Shown here piece after piece: positions 51,753 to 64,000 of a stretch of DNA of 64,000 bases. This stretch comes from Paraspadella gotoi (Eukaryota > Animalia > Chaetognatha), in assembly GCA_051294375.1 (NCBI GenBank), contig CM119268.1:11036507-11100506 (forward strand), given 5' to 3'. The notes below the pieces were generated by a model. It searched no databases and was not told the DNA's origin. It saw only the letters and a program-made list of their open reading frames with translations. The stretch's first letter is position 1, and the number at the start of each line of letters is the position of its first letter. The translations under genes were made by a program, and so were the position numbers.

Positions 51753-52126
51753 ATGCCTCCCAGGTTTCTTCGAAGGGTGCCAAGAAGGCGGCAAGGCTAA
51801 GGCCTCCCGTTCCTGGCGGCGAGAAGAAGAAGAAGAGAAGCGTAAGGAATCTTACGCCGATACTACACTCCTACAAGTGTTGAAGCAAGTTGCACCCCGA
51901 TACTGGTTGTCTCATCCAAGGCCATGAGCATCATGAATCGTTCGTCAATGACATCTTCGAACGCATCGCGGGCTGAGGCTTTCCCGCTGCCCACCTACAA
52001 CAAGTGGACGACCATCACTCCAGGAGATCCAGACGGCGCTCAGGCTTCTACTCCCCGGTGAATTGGGCCAGACGCCGTCTCTGGAGGGCACCAGGGCCGT
52101 CACCAAATTACACCAGCTCCAAGTAG
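51753..52126 (+). pseudogene. H2B: Frameshifted histone H2B copy (pseudogene or error-rich duplicate)
   Basis: VSSKGAKKA...GGEKKKKR...accagctccaagtag with indels. Confidence 0.75.
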
Positions 52127-52704
52127 ATCTTCGAAGACTATCTGACGCGATCACCCCAAAAGCCCTTTTTTAGGGCTTGCCATTATATTCTCGAAAGATT
52201 GATTGAAATATTCCCTTATTTATCTACTGCTTTTTTAACTTTTATATATGATGATATTATACATACCGTGTTTAATCGAACTACATGGTAAATTCTATTT
52301 AATTTTGAACATCCGAAACTTTTTCTTACGAATACGGCCTCAAAACGAAACCATGCTATAATGAGGCGACTGAAATTTCGTATAAAAAGAGGAAACGTGA
52401 ATATAAGTTTATTCCTTCTCGCCAATAGCGTTAGGAATAAATTATACAAGAGATAAACTCAGCAACGAAACATGATCGATAGTCGCGTCTCACGGCAAGC
52501 CTCAACTTATCTTCTTTCGTGCAATTCCTAGCTCTTGCTTGTCAGCATTGTTGTCAATTTCGGCATCGGTCGTTTACTCGTTAGGTCTTTCGCCTTTCTA
52601 GCTTTCCGCATCTAACCAACCCACCGCCCCCCCCCCCCCCATCACACCCCCCCCCATCCCACCCCCCCCATCCCCCCCCCATCCCCCCCCCACCCCCCCC
52701 CCCC

Positions 52705-53410
52705 CAATAAAAGAGGAAAGGGAACGAGAAAAAGAGAGAGGGAGAGAGGGAAAGAGCGAGAGAAAAAGAGGGAATGAGAGAGAGAAGGAGAGTTCCGGCA
52801 TCAGTTGAAATCAAAAGGAACTGAGAGATCAAAAGAAAGAAAAAACCGAAAAAAGTAAAAAAAATAAAAATAAACGATACTTTTAGAAAGAAAAAAAAGA
52901 AAGAAATAAAGAAAGAAAAAGAAAGAAAAAAAAAGAAAAAGAAAGAAAAAAAACTGTCTTGGCGTTTGGGGTCTAAAAAACCTTTCTCCCCTCTCGCCTT
53001 TTCGGAAGCTCTTTCCGTTTCCATTTAAAACTCCCCAGTTTTATTTCTTTTCTTTTCTTCCTCCTTTTCCTCACTTTCCTCCTTTTCTTGTGAGAATTTT
53101 TCTCCTCTCTCCATCGATTTACACAGTGGACATTTTATATAAAATTTCTATTCCTCTTTCAATCCGTGATTCACTTTATGAAACTTCCTTTTGTTTAATC
53201 ACTGTGAAAGCTTAAAAGGTATGGGTAGGTTATCATTTTATAAGAGGGATAGAGGTTTAAAACTATCATGAGTAATTTTTACACGCATTGAATGTACCAT
53301 TTTATTAAACATCATTCTTTCCTTAATAAAATTTCTTCTATTTACTATTCTATACGTACATACGTACATACAATGTACATATTATTAAATAGATTCCTCC
53401 TGAAGTCCAA
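52705..53410 (+). repeat. Direct copy of ~41375-42080, extended by unique sequence to the gap at 53646
   Basis: Colinear match following a poly-C junction at ~52620-52705. Confidence 0.8.
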
Positions 53411-53698
53411 GGTTCCCTCTCGAGTAGAAGGCGAGCCGGCTTTTCTCCAAATCAAGATGGCGACCAAAAAACTAAAGAAACTGGGAAACTGATTGTGTTT
53501 AAAACTTGGAGGAAGAAGTAAGAGAAAATGGGAAAGATCTGAAGGAGGTCGCGAATCAATTATTTGGTCGGTAAAGGAGATTGAAACTTCGGATCTCTTA
53601 TTTACTCTCCACCTAAAAAACGGTTTTTTTTCGGGGGGAGGTTGGNNNNNNNNNNNNNNNNNNNNNNNNNCCTGGTTCACATCTTTAAGTAGGAAAAG

Positions 53699-53778
<80 letters not shown>

Positions 53779-53850
53779 TTCTCCTTCTCTTTCCTCTCCT
53801 CTCCTCTCTCTCTCTCTCTCTTTCTTCTCTCTCTCTCTCTCCTCTCTCTC

Positions 53851-53882
<32 letters not shown>

Positions 53883-55726
53883 CTTCTTTCTCCCTTCTCC
53901 TCTCTTACGGCTTCCCTTTTCAAGCTTCTCTTTCACTTCACCTTTCTCCCAACTTCCAACCTCCCCCCGAAAAAAAAAAACCGTTTTTAGGTGGAGAGTA
54001 AAATAAGAGATCACGAATTTCAATCTCCTTTACCGACAATAATTGATTCGCGACCTCTTCAGATCTTCCCATTTTCTCTTACTTCTTCCTCCAAGTTTTA
54101 AACACAATCAGTTTTCCCAGTTTCTTAGTTTTTTGGTCGCATCTTGATTTGGAGAAAAGCCGGCACGCCTTCTACTCGAGAGGAACCAGACTTCAGGAGA
54201 ATCTATTATACTAATATGTACATGTGTGTTACGTATTAACGTATAAGATAGTCAATATATAAAAAATTATATTAAGGAAAAGAATGAGCTTCAGAAATTG
54301 GTACATTCAATTGCGTGTAAAAATTGTTCATGATAGTTTTAAACCTCCTCCCTCTTATAAATCATAACATACCCATACCCTCTAACTTCATCAAGTGATT
54401 AACAAAAGGTAAGTTTCATATAGTGAATCACGGGATTTGAAAGAGGAATCGAAAATTTAATAAAATGGTCCACTGTGCAAATTCGATGGAGAGAGGAAAA
54501 AATTCTCACCAGCAGAAAAGGAGGAAAGTGGCGAGGAAAGGAGGAGAAAGAAAAGAAAAAGCAAAAAAAAAGAAAAGGAGGAAGTGAGAAAGGAGGAAAA
54601 AAAGAAAAAAAAAAACTGGGAGTTTTTAAATGGAAACCGGAAAGGGCTTCCGAAAAGGCGAGAGGGAGAAAAAGTTTTAGACCCCAAACGCAAGACGTTT
54701 TTTTTTTTTCTTTGATCCAAAGCTTTCTAAACCTAAAAGTTATCGTTTATTTTTTATTTTTTAAACTTTTTAACGGTTTTTTCTTTCTTTTGATATCTCA
54801 GTCCTTTTGATTTCAACCGATGCCGGAACTCTCCTCTCTCTCTCTCATTCTCTTCTTTCTCTCGCTCTCTCCCTCTTCTTTTTCTCGTTCCCTTTCCTCT
54901 TTTCCTCCCCCCCTCTTTAATCGCTTCCTCCTCTCCCAACGGTCACCTTGAAGATGGAAACAGAAATGTCCGACTTCATTGGCCAGTAGATTGGAAATCG
55001 AGTCTATCCATCGTCACCGTCAGCACCAAAGCACGCTGGACAGCGGACTGCGTCCATTGATCACGAAGAACGCAACGTCGCTGTTTGGCGAATGAGGGGA
55101 AGGGGGGGCGGAGTAGGCGGGAGTGGGCGTGGCAGAGCGGTTGCGGAGTACACGAGGAGGGAAAGGGAGAGAAGTTGCATATATATTAATCATATGATTA
55201 ACAGTTTGAATACTTAAGAATCTTACGGCGCTTTGAAATGAGATTTGGATAAAGAAGGAACAGGACGAGGAGGGGAACGGGAAAAGGAGGAGAAGAGGAG
55301 GACCAGTTTTAATGAGAGTTATGGGTGCGAAAGAGAAAGAAAATAAAGGAAATTTAATCAAACTCCCGGTTTCCATATAAATGTATTGAGCGGGGAGGGC
55401 AAACGTTGATACAACGAAAGAATCGAGCCTCGTAAGTTACCGTACAACTATGGTTTTCGTGATAGATCAGGATTTTTTTGCTTAAATAAAACGGTGAAAG
55501 GTGAGGGAAAAAAAAAAGTCGCGGCATCAAAAATGCAGCAGCATAAAGCGAAAGAGAACGACAGGTTGATCTCTTCTTTCTTTGTACTGATCAACAAGAA
55601 AAAAAAAAAGGTTTTATGCACTGAGGAAGAGCGAATTTACATTTTTTTTTCGCTCGGTCTCTCTCTCTCTCCCCCCTCTCGTCTATTCTCTCTCCTCTCT
55701 CTCTCTCTCTCTCTCCTCTTCTTCTC

Positions 55727-55757
<31 letters not shown>

Positions 55758-58445
55758 CCTTCTCTTTCTCCTTCTCACACACACTTTCGTCTCTTTAATA
55801 TAAAACCTTGTGTTATAAAAATATATCACGGACAACGAGGCGCTAGAAAAAAGAGCAGAGAAAATCAAGATACACTGTTAATGATGATTATGATGACGAT
55901 GACGATAACGAAGATAAAAAGATGATATTTATTAGATCAAGATCAATTAGTACGTATACCATACAATCCAAGTTATCGAACTTAAAAATTTTTAGGACAT
56001 TTCGGGTTCTGCTTTTAATTGTCTGTGAAGATAACCTTTTGCAGTTAGATTTTTGTAAACTTAAAGTTTTTTAAATGCTTGTATAAATAACGAGATATGA
56101 ATGTATTTTCGGCTACGACGACCGAGAGACGTGAACTTGTAACGGGCGAACACGTTCGGATGACACCGGGTTTCAGGGATTAAAACGTACGAGCGGAGGA
56201 AATCGGTGGGAAACATAGATTCGAGGAAAACTATTTTTTTTTATGGAATGGCGTGGAAAATCGGCGAAGGTCAAATCCGGGGTTAGAGGTGGCGATGGGG
56301 AGAAGATAGGGTGCAGGGGTTATGGATGGACGGAGAAGAGGTAATAATAGGGCGGTGTAAAGAAATAGGTTAGGGTGGAAAGAGAATAAAAATGAATTGG
56401 ACAACCAATATAAAATTATAATTATAAAAAAAATATTAGAGAGAATGAAAGAAAATAAACGCAGTAAGAGAGAAGGGAGAGTTAAAGATCCTCACGAAGC
56501 CTTTCAAATTTAATCAGGAACTGGATCGGCGCATAGTGTTACGAACAAACCGCTATCGAAGGAAGACGAGTACACATTTGCTCGTGCGGCGACATGTAAT
56601 CGCGCGTCTCCAGTACTTTCTATGAAACAGTTGATATCTCAGCCCGGTAATAATTAGCCGGATTTCGTCCTTCCGCGGCGCAGATGCATAATGGCTGTTC
56701 GTGAATTACATTCGTCCGCAAATCAGAATCGCATAAGAGGAAGCTTTGGAAAGTGGGGAAAATATTAATCGTTTCCTTAATCGCCGTGGGAAGCCTTCTC
56801 CTCAGACGCCTCCGTCACCCGTCGCCTGCGCCTCTATGCCGGTGCGTCTCCGCCACACCTGCAGCCGCCACCGCAGCCGCCGCCGCCGCTTCTCACGAAC
56901 ATCTCGCTGAAATTGTTTGACCAAAAACCGCTTGTCAACTAAATAATGCGTCGTATTCGCCAGTAAAACAACGACGGCCATTCTTAAATTTTTTTTCGTC
57001 TGGAACCCGCTAACACTTAAAACAATGAAAAAACAACATCCGATAAAATCAAAAACAACGGAAAAAACGAGGGGGGGTGTTAGCTCGCGCTTTAAAATCC
57101 TAGACTAGTCGACAAAGATAGAAAGGGAAAGAAAAGTCGAGGGATTTAAAATTAGAAGGAATCCGAAACATTGTTTTTGTTCTTTTTTTTCTCTTTCATT
57201 TTATATTCCTAAAAAAATAAGAGAAGGAAGCAGGAATCGGTCAGTGAGTGGGAGGGAAAGATTTCTGGAGACCACAGGCCTCCAATCCGTCTAATCTATT
57301 TTTCCAATACAACCCCTGGCATGTATTTTCTCTGTCTCTGTCTCTCTCGACTCTCCTCTCTCTCTCTCTCTGTCAGCGTTCATGATAATATTGACGAAGG
57401 AAAAAAAAAATGTTCTGGTGACTCCATTGTCTTTCGTATGTTTTTCCCACTCTCCCTCATCACCGTACAAACGTAAGTTCCCATATTTGTCGAAGCTGAC
57501 AGCGGCGATCAATGGCGCAAAGAGTGACTCCATCGGACAGCCGAGAGAAGGCCAATAGTTGGCCGTGTGGAGGGATCGCATGTGGCGCCGGAGATCCAGA
57601 CCGAGAAGCAAAGGGCGTTCCTTGTGTAAGAGACGGGGAGGTTGGAACTGGTAGGCAGAGGCGGGTTTTCAAACGGGATTAAGGGGTTGAGTAAATTGAT
57701 TAAATGGCCTTGTTGATATGCAGGGTTACGTAAGAGTAAACCGCGTTTTCAGAGAGAATACCTTCTAATTCCTTGTAGACTGGCGAAAAATTTCATTTGA
57801 ACCGTGATTCATCTGACCTCTTATCCCTCACACAATACGAGGCGATAAAACGTCAACCGTAATCACTTACAGCACATTCACGCAGCATTTCTTTTCCATT
57901 TCACACCCCATTCTTCTTTTTTCATCGTGTGATATTCTCATTATTCTTTTAAATTCTTCCCATGCCCTATCTTTTCTCGGCAGGACCAAATCCTCGGGGG
58001 GTAAGCCAACAAAAAAGCCAGGTCATAGTTTATGTATATTATTATTTCATCTTAAACTAATAACCTTTCCGTTTTTATTTAATTATATTTTATTTATTTT
58101 CTTCTTATCCCCTTTTCAATCTTCCACTTCATCGCCAACTCTTCTATTCATCACTATTACCTTTTCTTCCTCACCTGATCCTCTCCCCAACTCCTTCTTC
58201 CCTCCAACCAATCGACTCACCGTCTTCCCTTCCCCTACCCACCCAATCCTCACCCAAGATCCCGGAAGACGCAGATGTGATGACGAAGCACTCTCGAATC
58301 GAAAATGGCGGCGAACGTCCGCTGCTGAAAAGCCAACGCCGCGCCGAACCCGGAAGGAAGGCCGAACGCTTCTGAATGGTGGACGAAGGAGCGAGGGAGG
58401 GAGATGAGATGGAGAGGAGAAGAGAGAGAAGAGAGAGAAGGGGAG

Positions 58446-58493
<48 letters not shown>

Positions 58494-59717
58494 AGAAGAG
58501 AAGAGAGATGAAAGAGTGAGAGGCGTAATTCACTTGATCATTGATTTTTTTTTATCTTCTTCATCTGGTTTATTCCCGCATCACGAACGCACAAAATCTG
58601 AGTCGTTCTCAGAATCAATAACTACTAAAAAGTCTAGATTTTTTTTGCTATATGAATTATAAATTATATAACATCGCATGCACAGGTAGTATTTTTCCCC
58701 CAATGATTCTCTATTAAATATTAAATGATGAAATTGGTAAAACAATATAAAAATTATCCATTCATTATAATAAGCTATCTTGTCCCTGGACTTGGACAAA
58801 CTTTGGTGGTTTAAGGCCTCCATCACCTTACAAGATAATAACATGCATGTTTCTTTTAAGGTTTCAATCAGACTCTCCTCTACAGTCTTTGTCTATTCAC
58901 TCCCTGTAACCTGCTTCCCTATCAATGAAGTGGTTAATATTTCAAAGATGAAATTGGTACAACCAATATTAAAAATTAGAGTATTTAATACTAACATTTT
59001 GCAAAAACTAAGACAATCATTCAACTTTTTAAATCACTAAGTTTCGTTCTAGTATTTGGCAGTTGGCACTAAAGTTTTAAGATTTCTTTTAGAAGAAACG
59101 GTTATTTTCATCTTCGGCCAGTGAACTATTATGTCAAATTTTAGGCTATTCATTTTCACAATTTTCTTTTTTGAATCCATCGTATTTTTAAAGTTATCAA
59201 CCTACCTACTTCTTTTTACTATATACAAAAGTCAGATCTCTGCCAGAGCGAGAGTCGGCTTTTGTGTTCCGCCCTCTCGCCGTAAACCGCGAAATCATTT
59301 TTCAAATTTACGGTTCGCGAGCGAATTCTATGGTCCTCACATTTCAAGTTCAAACGTCTTTCGTAATGACAGGTTAAATCTAATGGACATATTATCAGCC
59401 TGTTTCTACGACTACGACCATAAAAATTTACAGCGAATTTACTTCACTTGTTTATTTACGTTAAAAGTGTTGCTCACATTTAAATATATAATCAAAAAAT
59501 AAACTATGGCGTACGATTCGTGAACATAAAGTTCGCAATTAATTGTCATTAACTTTTATTCGCGCACTATTTACGAATTTCTTCCAAGACCAGTTATTGT
59601 CAAGTAGCATTCGGAACCTATTATCCAACTAATCGTAATTATTCATGACGATCATTTTAAAGAAATATGCCCCTAAAAGAGGGCCACTTTTGGGGTGGTT
59701 ATGTCTAATCGAGCCTT

Positions 59718-60134
59718 TTAGGCGCGTTTCGCGACGCGATTCCGGCGAGCGAGACTGGATATCCTGGGCATTGATAGTCACGCGCTTAGCGTGGTGGCGC
59801 AAAGGTTGGTATCTCGAAGAGACCGACCAGCGAGTAAGCCTCAGAAGACTCTTGCAGGCCATGACGGCAGAGCTTTGGAAGCGAAGATCGGTCTTGAGTC
59901 CTGGGCGATCTTCGGCGGACGGAGACGCTGGAAGGGCAGCTTGCGGAGATGAGGAGCTCGGTGGATTCTCGGGTCGTCTTGATTCGCGAAGGAGCCACAG
60001 TGCCTTGGCCTGTAGCGATGGGGCTTCTTGACACCGCAGGTGGCCTGGAGCCGACCTTCGGCGCCTTCGTGGCAAGCTGCTTCCTCGGGCCTGCACCGGC
60101 TAGATTTACGAGCGGTTTGTTTGGTTCGCGCCAT
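59718..60134 (-). pseudogene. H3: Frameshifted histone H3 copy (pseudogene or error-rich duplicate)
   Basis: [11 protein letters not shown]...[10 protein letters not shown]...LRKLPFQRL...[13 protein letters not shown] across frames. Confidence 0.75.
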
Positions 60135-62323
60135 TCTTCGAAAATTAGTGATTACGGAAGGTAAATTAGAATTTACGGAGGGATTTTTGAGTCGGAGCGA
60201 ACGAGCCGCTGTTTTATACTGAGCCCGAGGAGAGCTGCCTTCTGATTGGTCGAAATTTCAGTAACATCCGATCCGTTGATCGACGTTGCCAATTCGGAAC
60301 TAGTTCTTTCCACAGTATTAAGGAATTTAGCACGAATCTTTATTCTGTTAAATTTACCACATAAATAAAATAATTAAATATCTATATTTACTAATATTAG
60401 TTCAGTCATGGCTTTAGTGCATGGCTTTAGTACAACCTTCATGTAAACGAAATCGCACTTGATTGATTTATTTGTATCAAGAGAAGAATTATTAAAATTA
60501 AAATTCCTAGGTTTATCCTTTAATTGTCTGCCACTTTGAAGTCAACCGGGGAAGAAAGTTTATATGGATTTTTAAGCTTATAGGTTATAGGTTATAGCAC
60601 TGAGGCGCTGCGAAAGAAACAGCTTTAATCCATCTGTTGGTGATAGGACCACTCAGAATAGGTTATATTGTCCTTTCTTTGTCATTAACATTTTTGATAT
60701 GGAGAGAAGCTTTGATGATTTCTTTTTGTCATAAATTTTGCCTTCTTTATAAACGAATAATAACATAATAATACCGTTAATATGACACTATCGTCGATTT
60801 TTTTATTTTAAAATTCGGGTGTTGACCAACGCTTTATTAAACGATTACTAATTCAAACTGTAGTATATAACAATGTATTGATTAGGGTTCACATACCGCT
60901 TAACAAGTTAACGCTTTATTAAACGATTAAATAATGTTTAACTACACCGTTCAATATATTTATTTAACGGATTAAATCTCGGTTAATTGTTAAAATATGA
61001 TTTTTTTTATTTTGGTATTAAAATCTTTGATTTTTTTAAAAGAAAAGTAATTTTTTGTCCATCTCTTATTCTCCTCTATGGTCTGAAAAAATAAAAAAAA
61101 GAAAAACAAGCTGTTCACGAACTGACATCAAGAAAATAATGAAGAAGATATTAACTAAAGAAAAAGAGAAGAGAGAGAAAGAAAGACAAACATAGAATTG
61201 AATTACCTAGTGGTTTTTCTTTCCTTTGTCCTTTATATATTTTTATTATGCTATGAGGTAAAAGAAAAGTTTTGTAATAAGATTTATTCACGAATGCCAT
61301 TATCTGCATTAGCTAAATTATCATAGGTGGATTCAATAGTTTTGCTCAAATCAATTATTTTAATTTACAATAAAAATGTGTACCTATTCTATTCTTGAAA
61401 TTAAAGATAAAAAAGATAAGGAGAAGAGTTAAAGATAAAATACTATTAAATACTTGTTTTGATTTAAATCAATAATATTTTAAATTTAAAGGTAAAATCT
61501 ATAAAATTAACAGATGTTCTAACGGTTAACCGGCTTAAAATTATTGTTTTAACGGTTAAGCTAAATTTTTCAAAATTAACGGTTATTGGACCCTTAGTAT
61601 TGATTCAGTATTTTACGTTACTAGATTTTTTCAAAACTATAGAATGAGTTTCAGGAGATGAAATTACGAAGAGAAAATTAATGTTGATATTCGACCAATA
61701 ATAAACGTATAAAAGAGAAAATGTTGTAATTTCTGTCCACAATCTCTTTCGCTGCATGAACAAGGCTAACTCCATTGGATTGCGAAAATCTTATACTACC
61801 ATCGCAACAACATCGAATTAAACACTTTTTAGTAGAGGATGACTCGAATCGACTCACTCCTATCAGTTATTTCGTAATCTTTGTTCTCAATCCCATCTTT
61901 TACAAGCAGCTCTTAAAGATAATCATAATTCATCACAATCACTGTCATTATTGTAACTATATAATTCAAAATAACTTTCGAAGTGAAAACGGCTCTCTTT
62001 ATTCACAATCAAGACAAAAGTGCCGACTCGGCAACCGTTGCTATTCTTATCATTTTTTCTATTCATTTTTTGAGGTTTCGACGAACCGTCTTTGTTCTGT
62101 GAAGACGAATCTCCCGCTCAACGTGCCACTCGATCCCCGTTGCCCTCGCTGATTAGTTCAATTTTCGTCGCAAGGCACTCGTAGCTATTGGTGCTTATCA
62201 GTAAGCAGGCAGCCGTTGAGGATACGATCGAAAAGATATATATTATAGGGCCCCTTCAGGTATCATCTCTTCTTGGGGTTTTTTTTCCATCTTCATCATA
62301 ACTCAACTCTATTATAACTCAAT

Positions 62324-62653
62324 ATGTCTGGACGTGGAAAAGGCTGGGCAAGGGCTCGGAAAAGGGAGGCGCCAAGCGTCATCGCAAGTTTCTTCGTGAC
62401 AAGCATCCAACGGCTATCACAAAAGCCGCCATTCGCCGTCTCGCCCGCCGTCGGCGGTTGCTCAAGCGTATCTCCCCGGTCTCATCTACGAGGAAATCGT
62501 TGGCGTCCTCAAGGTCCCTCGGAGAACGTCATCAGAGATTGCGTTACATTACACAGAGCACGCCAAAGCGCTAAGACCGTCACCGCCATGGACGTCGTCT
62601 ACGGCTTCTCAAAGCGCCAAAGGGCCGTCACCCTGTACGGTTTCGGCGGTTAG
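62324..62653 (+). pseudogene. H4: Frameshifted histone H4 copy (pseudogene or error-rich duplicate)
   Basis: MSGRGKG...ENVIRD...[10 protein letters not shown]...TLYGFGG with compensating indels. Confidence 0.75.
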
Positions 62654-63510
62654 GTAGATGTTTCTAAATCTTCTTACACCCCAACGGCCCTTTTAAGCCG
62701 GCCACAAAATTTCAAAGGAATTGCTCGAATACTACTTTTTTTCTGCGTTTGCTGTGCTAAAAAGCTTTGAAAGAATAATTTCTTCTATTCGTGTCTCAGA
62801 CATTCTATTAATTAACAAGTTAAATCAGTAATCTTGAATTATTCGTTAGAAAATTTCCATTTGAGACAGTTATTTTTCTGGAAAGAAAGTCAGTGATGCT
62901 TCGGGAGAGCGACAGCGGAATAACTATATATTTATAAATCATTATATTTTCTCGTCGCGAAAACTTCATGCGCGATGGCTTTAGGAAAGATAGCTTTATA
63001 GGAAAGTTAGAACTTTCCCCACCGCCAAAGCTTCCAATTGAACTGGAGGCAAACTGGAAATTTTGTCGAATCAGCTTTCTGCAACGTGGGGAGATAGCTT
63101 ATGAAAATGATGCAACTAATATAATAATTATTTCAATTATCATCTGTGACTGACTTAAAGAAGAGGCCTTTCGTTGTTATCAGGCCATGCATGACTCGTT
63201 ATTCCGAACTTCGTGGATTTTAGCAATTTTTTGAATTTAACCACTAGTGACGAAGCGTAAGATGAGTTAATATGGTTTAATTTTCATACCCGATTTACGG
63301 CTCGTTTATTTAACATCAACTTTTTTTTAAGAAATTTACTTGCCGATATTTTTCGAAGAGAACTGAACGACGCTACATCTAACTTTCGGAAACTGGAAAC
63401 TAACCAATTAGTAGTAGGTTATTATCAATAAAAAATTGACAGATCTTTTTAGAGATTTTGGGCAAGCCCTAACAAAGGGCTACATTGTGTTGTGTTTATT
63501 TAGTTAACTC

Positions 63511-63895
63511 TTACTTCTTCTCGGTTTCTTGGGCAGAAAGGAAGCCTGAATGTAGGCAGGACGCCTCTTGAGCCGATGGTGACTCCAGAGAGAAGGTTTG
63601 TTCAATTCCTTCGTCATTTACGGTATGGGCCAGTTTGAAGATGACGGGGGATGATTCTCGTTCTTGTTATCGGCTCGAGCCGCATTTCCCGCACTTCAAG
63701 AAAGCGATCTAGCCGATAAAAGATATATCAAACGGGACGGCAGCCAACGAGACCGGAGCACCAGCTCCGACGCGCTTCGCGTATGCCTTTTGCGCAGGAA
63801 CCTGTGCACACGGCCGACAGAATGAAGGCCAGCGCCGGCTGGAACGGCCTCTTTGCCTTTCCCTTTGGATTTTCCGCCTTTTCACGTCCAGACAT
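63511..63895 (-). pseudogene. H2A: Frameshifted histone H2A copy (pseudogene or error-rich duplicate)
   Basis: Reverse complement of the intact H2A with many indels. Confidence 0.75.
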
Positions 63896-64000
63896 ATGGT
63901 TGATTGAGAGAGTAGTTATCAAATTTATAAATTCAGAATCCGAGTAATGAGTGATATGCCAATTTTCGTGCAAGATCGCTTTTATACGAACTGTGGATCG

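Larger units (their letters stand above)
42529..52628 (-). repeat. Inverted, indel-rich copy of ~31360-41375 (GPCR exons, H3, MITE at 48473-49180, H4, H2A, H2B); probable assembly artefact
   Basis: Colinear reverse complement over about 10 kb including spacers, starting at a 25-N gap. Confidence 0.92.
53975..64000 (-). repeat. Second inverted, indel-rich copy (mirrors 53400-53645, then ~42080 back to ~32410); probable assembly artefact
   Basis: ~54905-55920 appears identical to ~42529-43545: the ORF track gives identical translations at 42645/55020 and 43216/55591. Confidence 0.92.

Noticed and set aside
47320-63895. Apparent novel divergent histone variants (e.g. the 109-aa ORF at 62324-62653)
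   Set aside because: The divergence comes from frameshifting indels in colinear copies of the intact genes, not from amino-acid-level evolution.

Overview
Eukaryotic (invertebrate animal) genomic DNA with GC-rich exons and AT- and (GA)n/(GAAA)n-rich introns. It is not prokaryotic, and most ORFs in the track are microsatellite noise. Contents in order: (1) a 12-exon integrin alpha gene without an I-domain (+, ~3.7-13.5 kb), frameshifted only upstream of an assembly gap. (2) A convergent, intact 19-exon DRC7/CCDC135 gene (-, 14650-22165) with two GC-AG introns and an X-box-like palindrome on its start codon. (3) A glycosylation-rich repeat exon at 28.2-28.6 kb. (4) An intact replication-dependent histone quartet, H2B(-) H2A(+) H4(-) H3(+), with stem-loops and a hAT MITE in the H4/H3 spacer. 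(5) Exons encoding TM1-TM3 of a class A GPCR (+, 37951-41335). The 28.2-kb exon splices in phase to the GPCR TM1 exon, so the histone quartet may sit inside the GPCR's first coding intron. From 42.1 kb to the end, the window consists mostly of two inverted, indel-ridden copies of the 31.4-42 kb segment around 25-N gaps, most likely long-read gap-filling artefacts. All calls come from manual reading and remembered family motifs; no database search was run.
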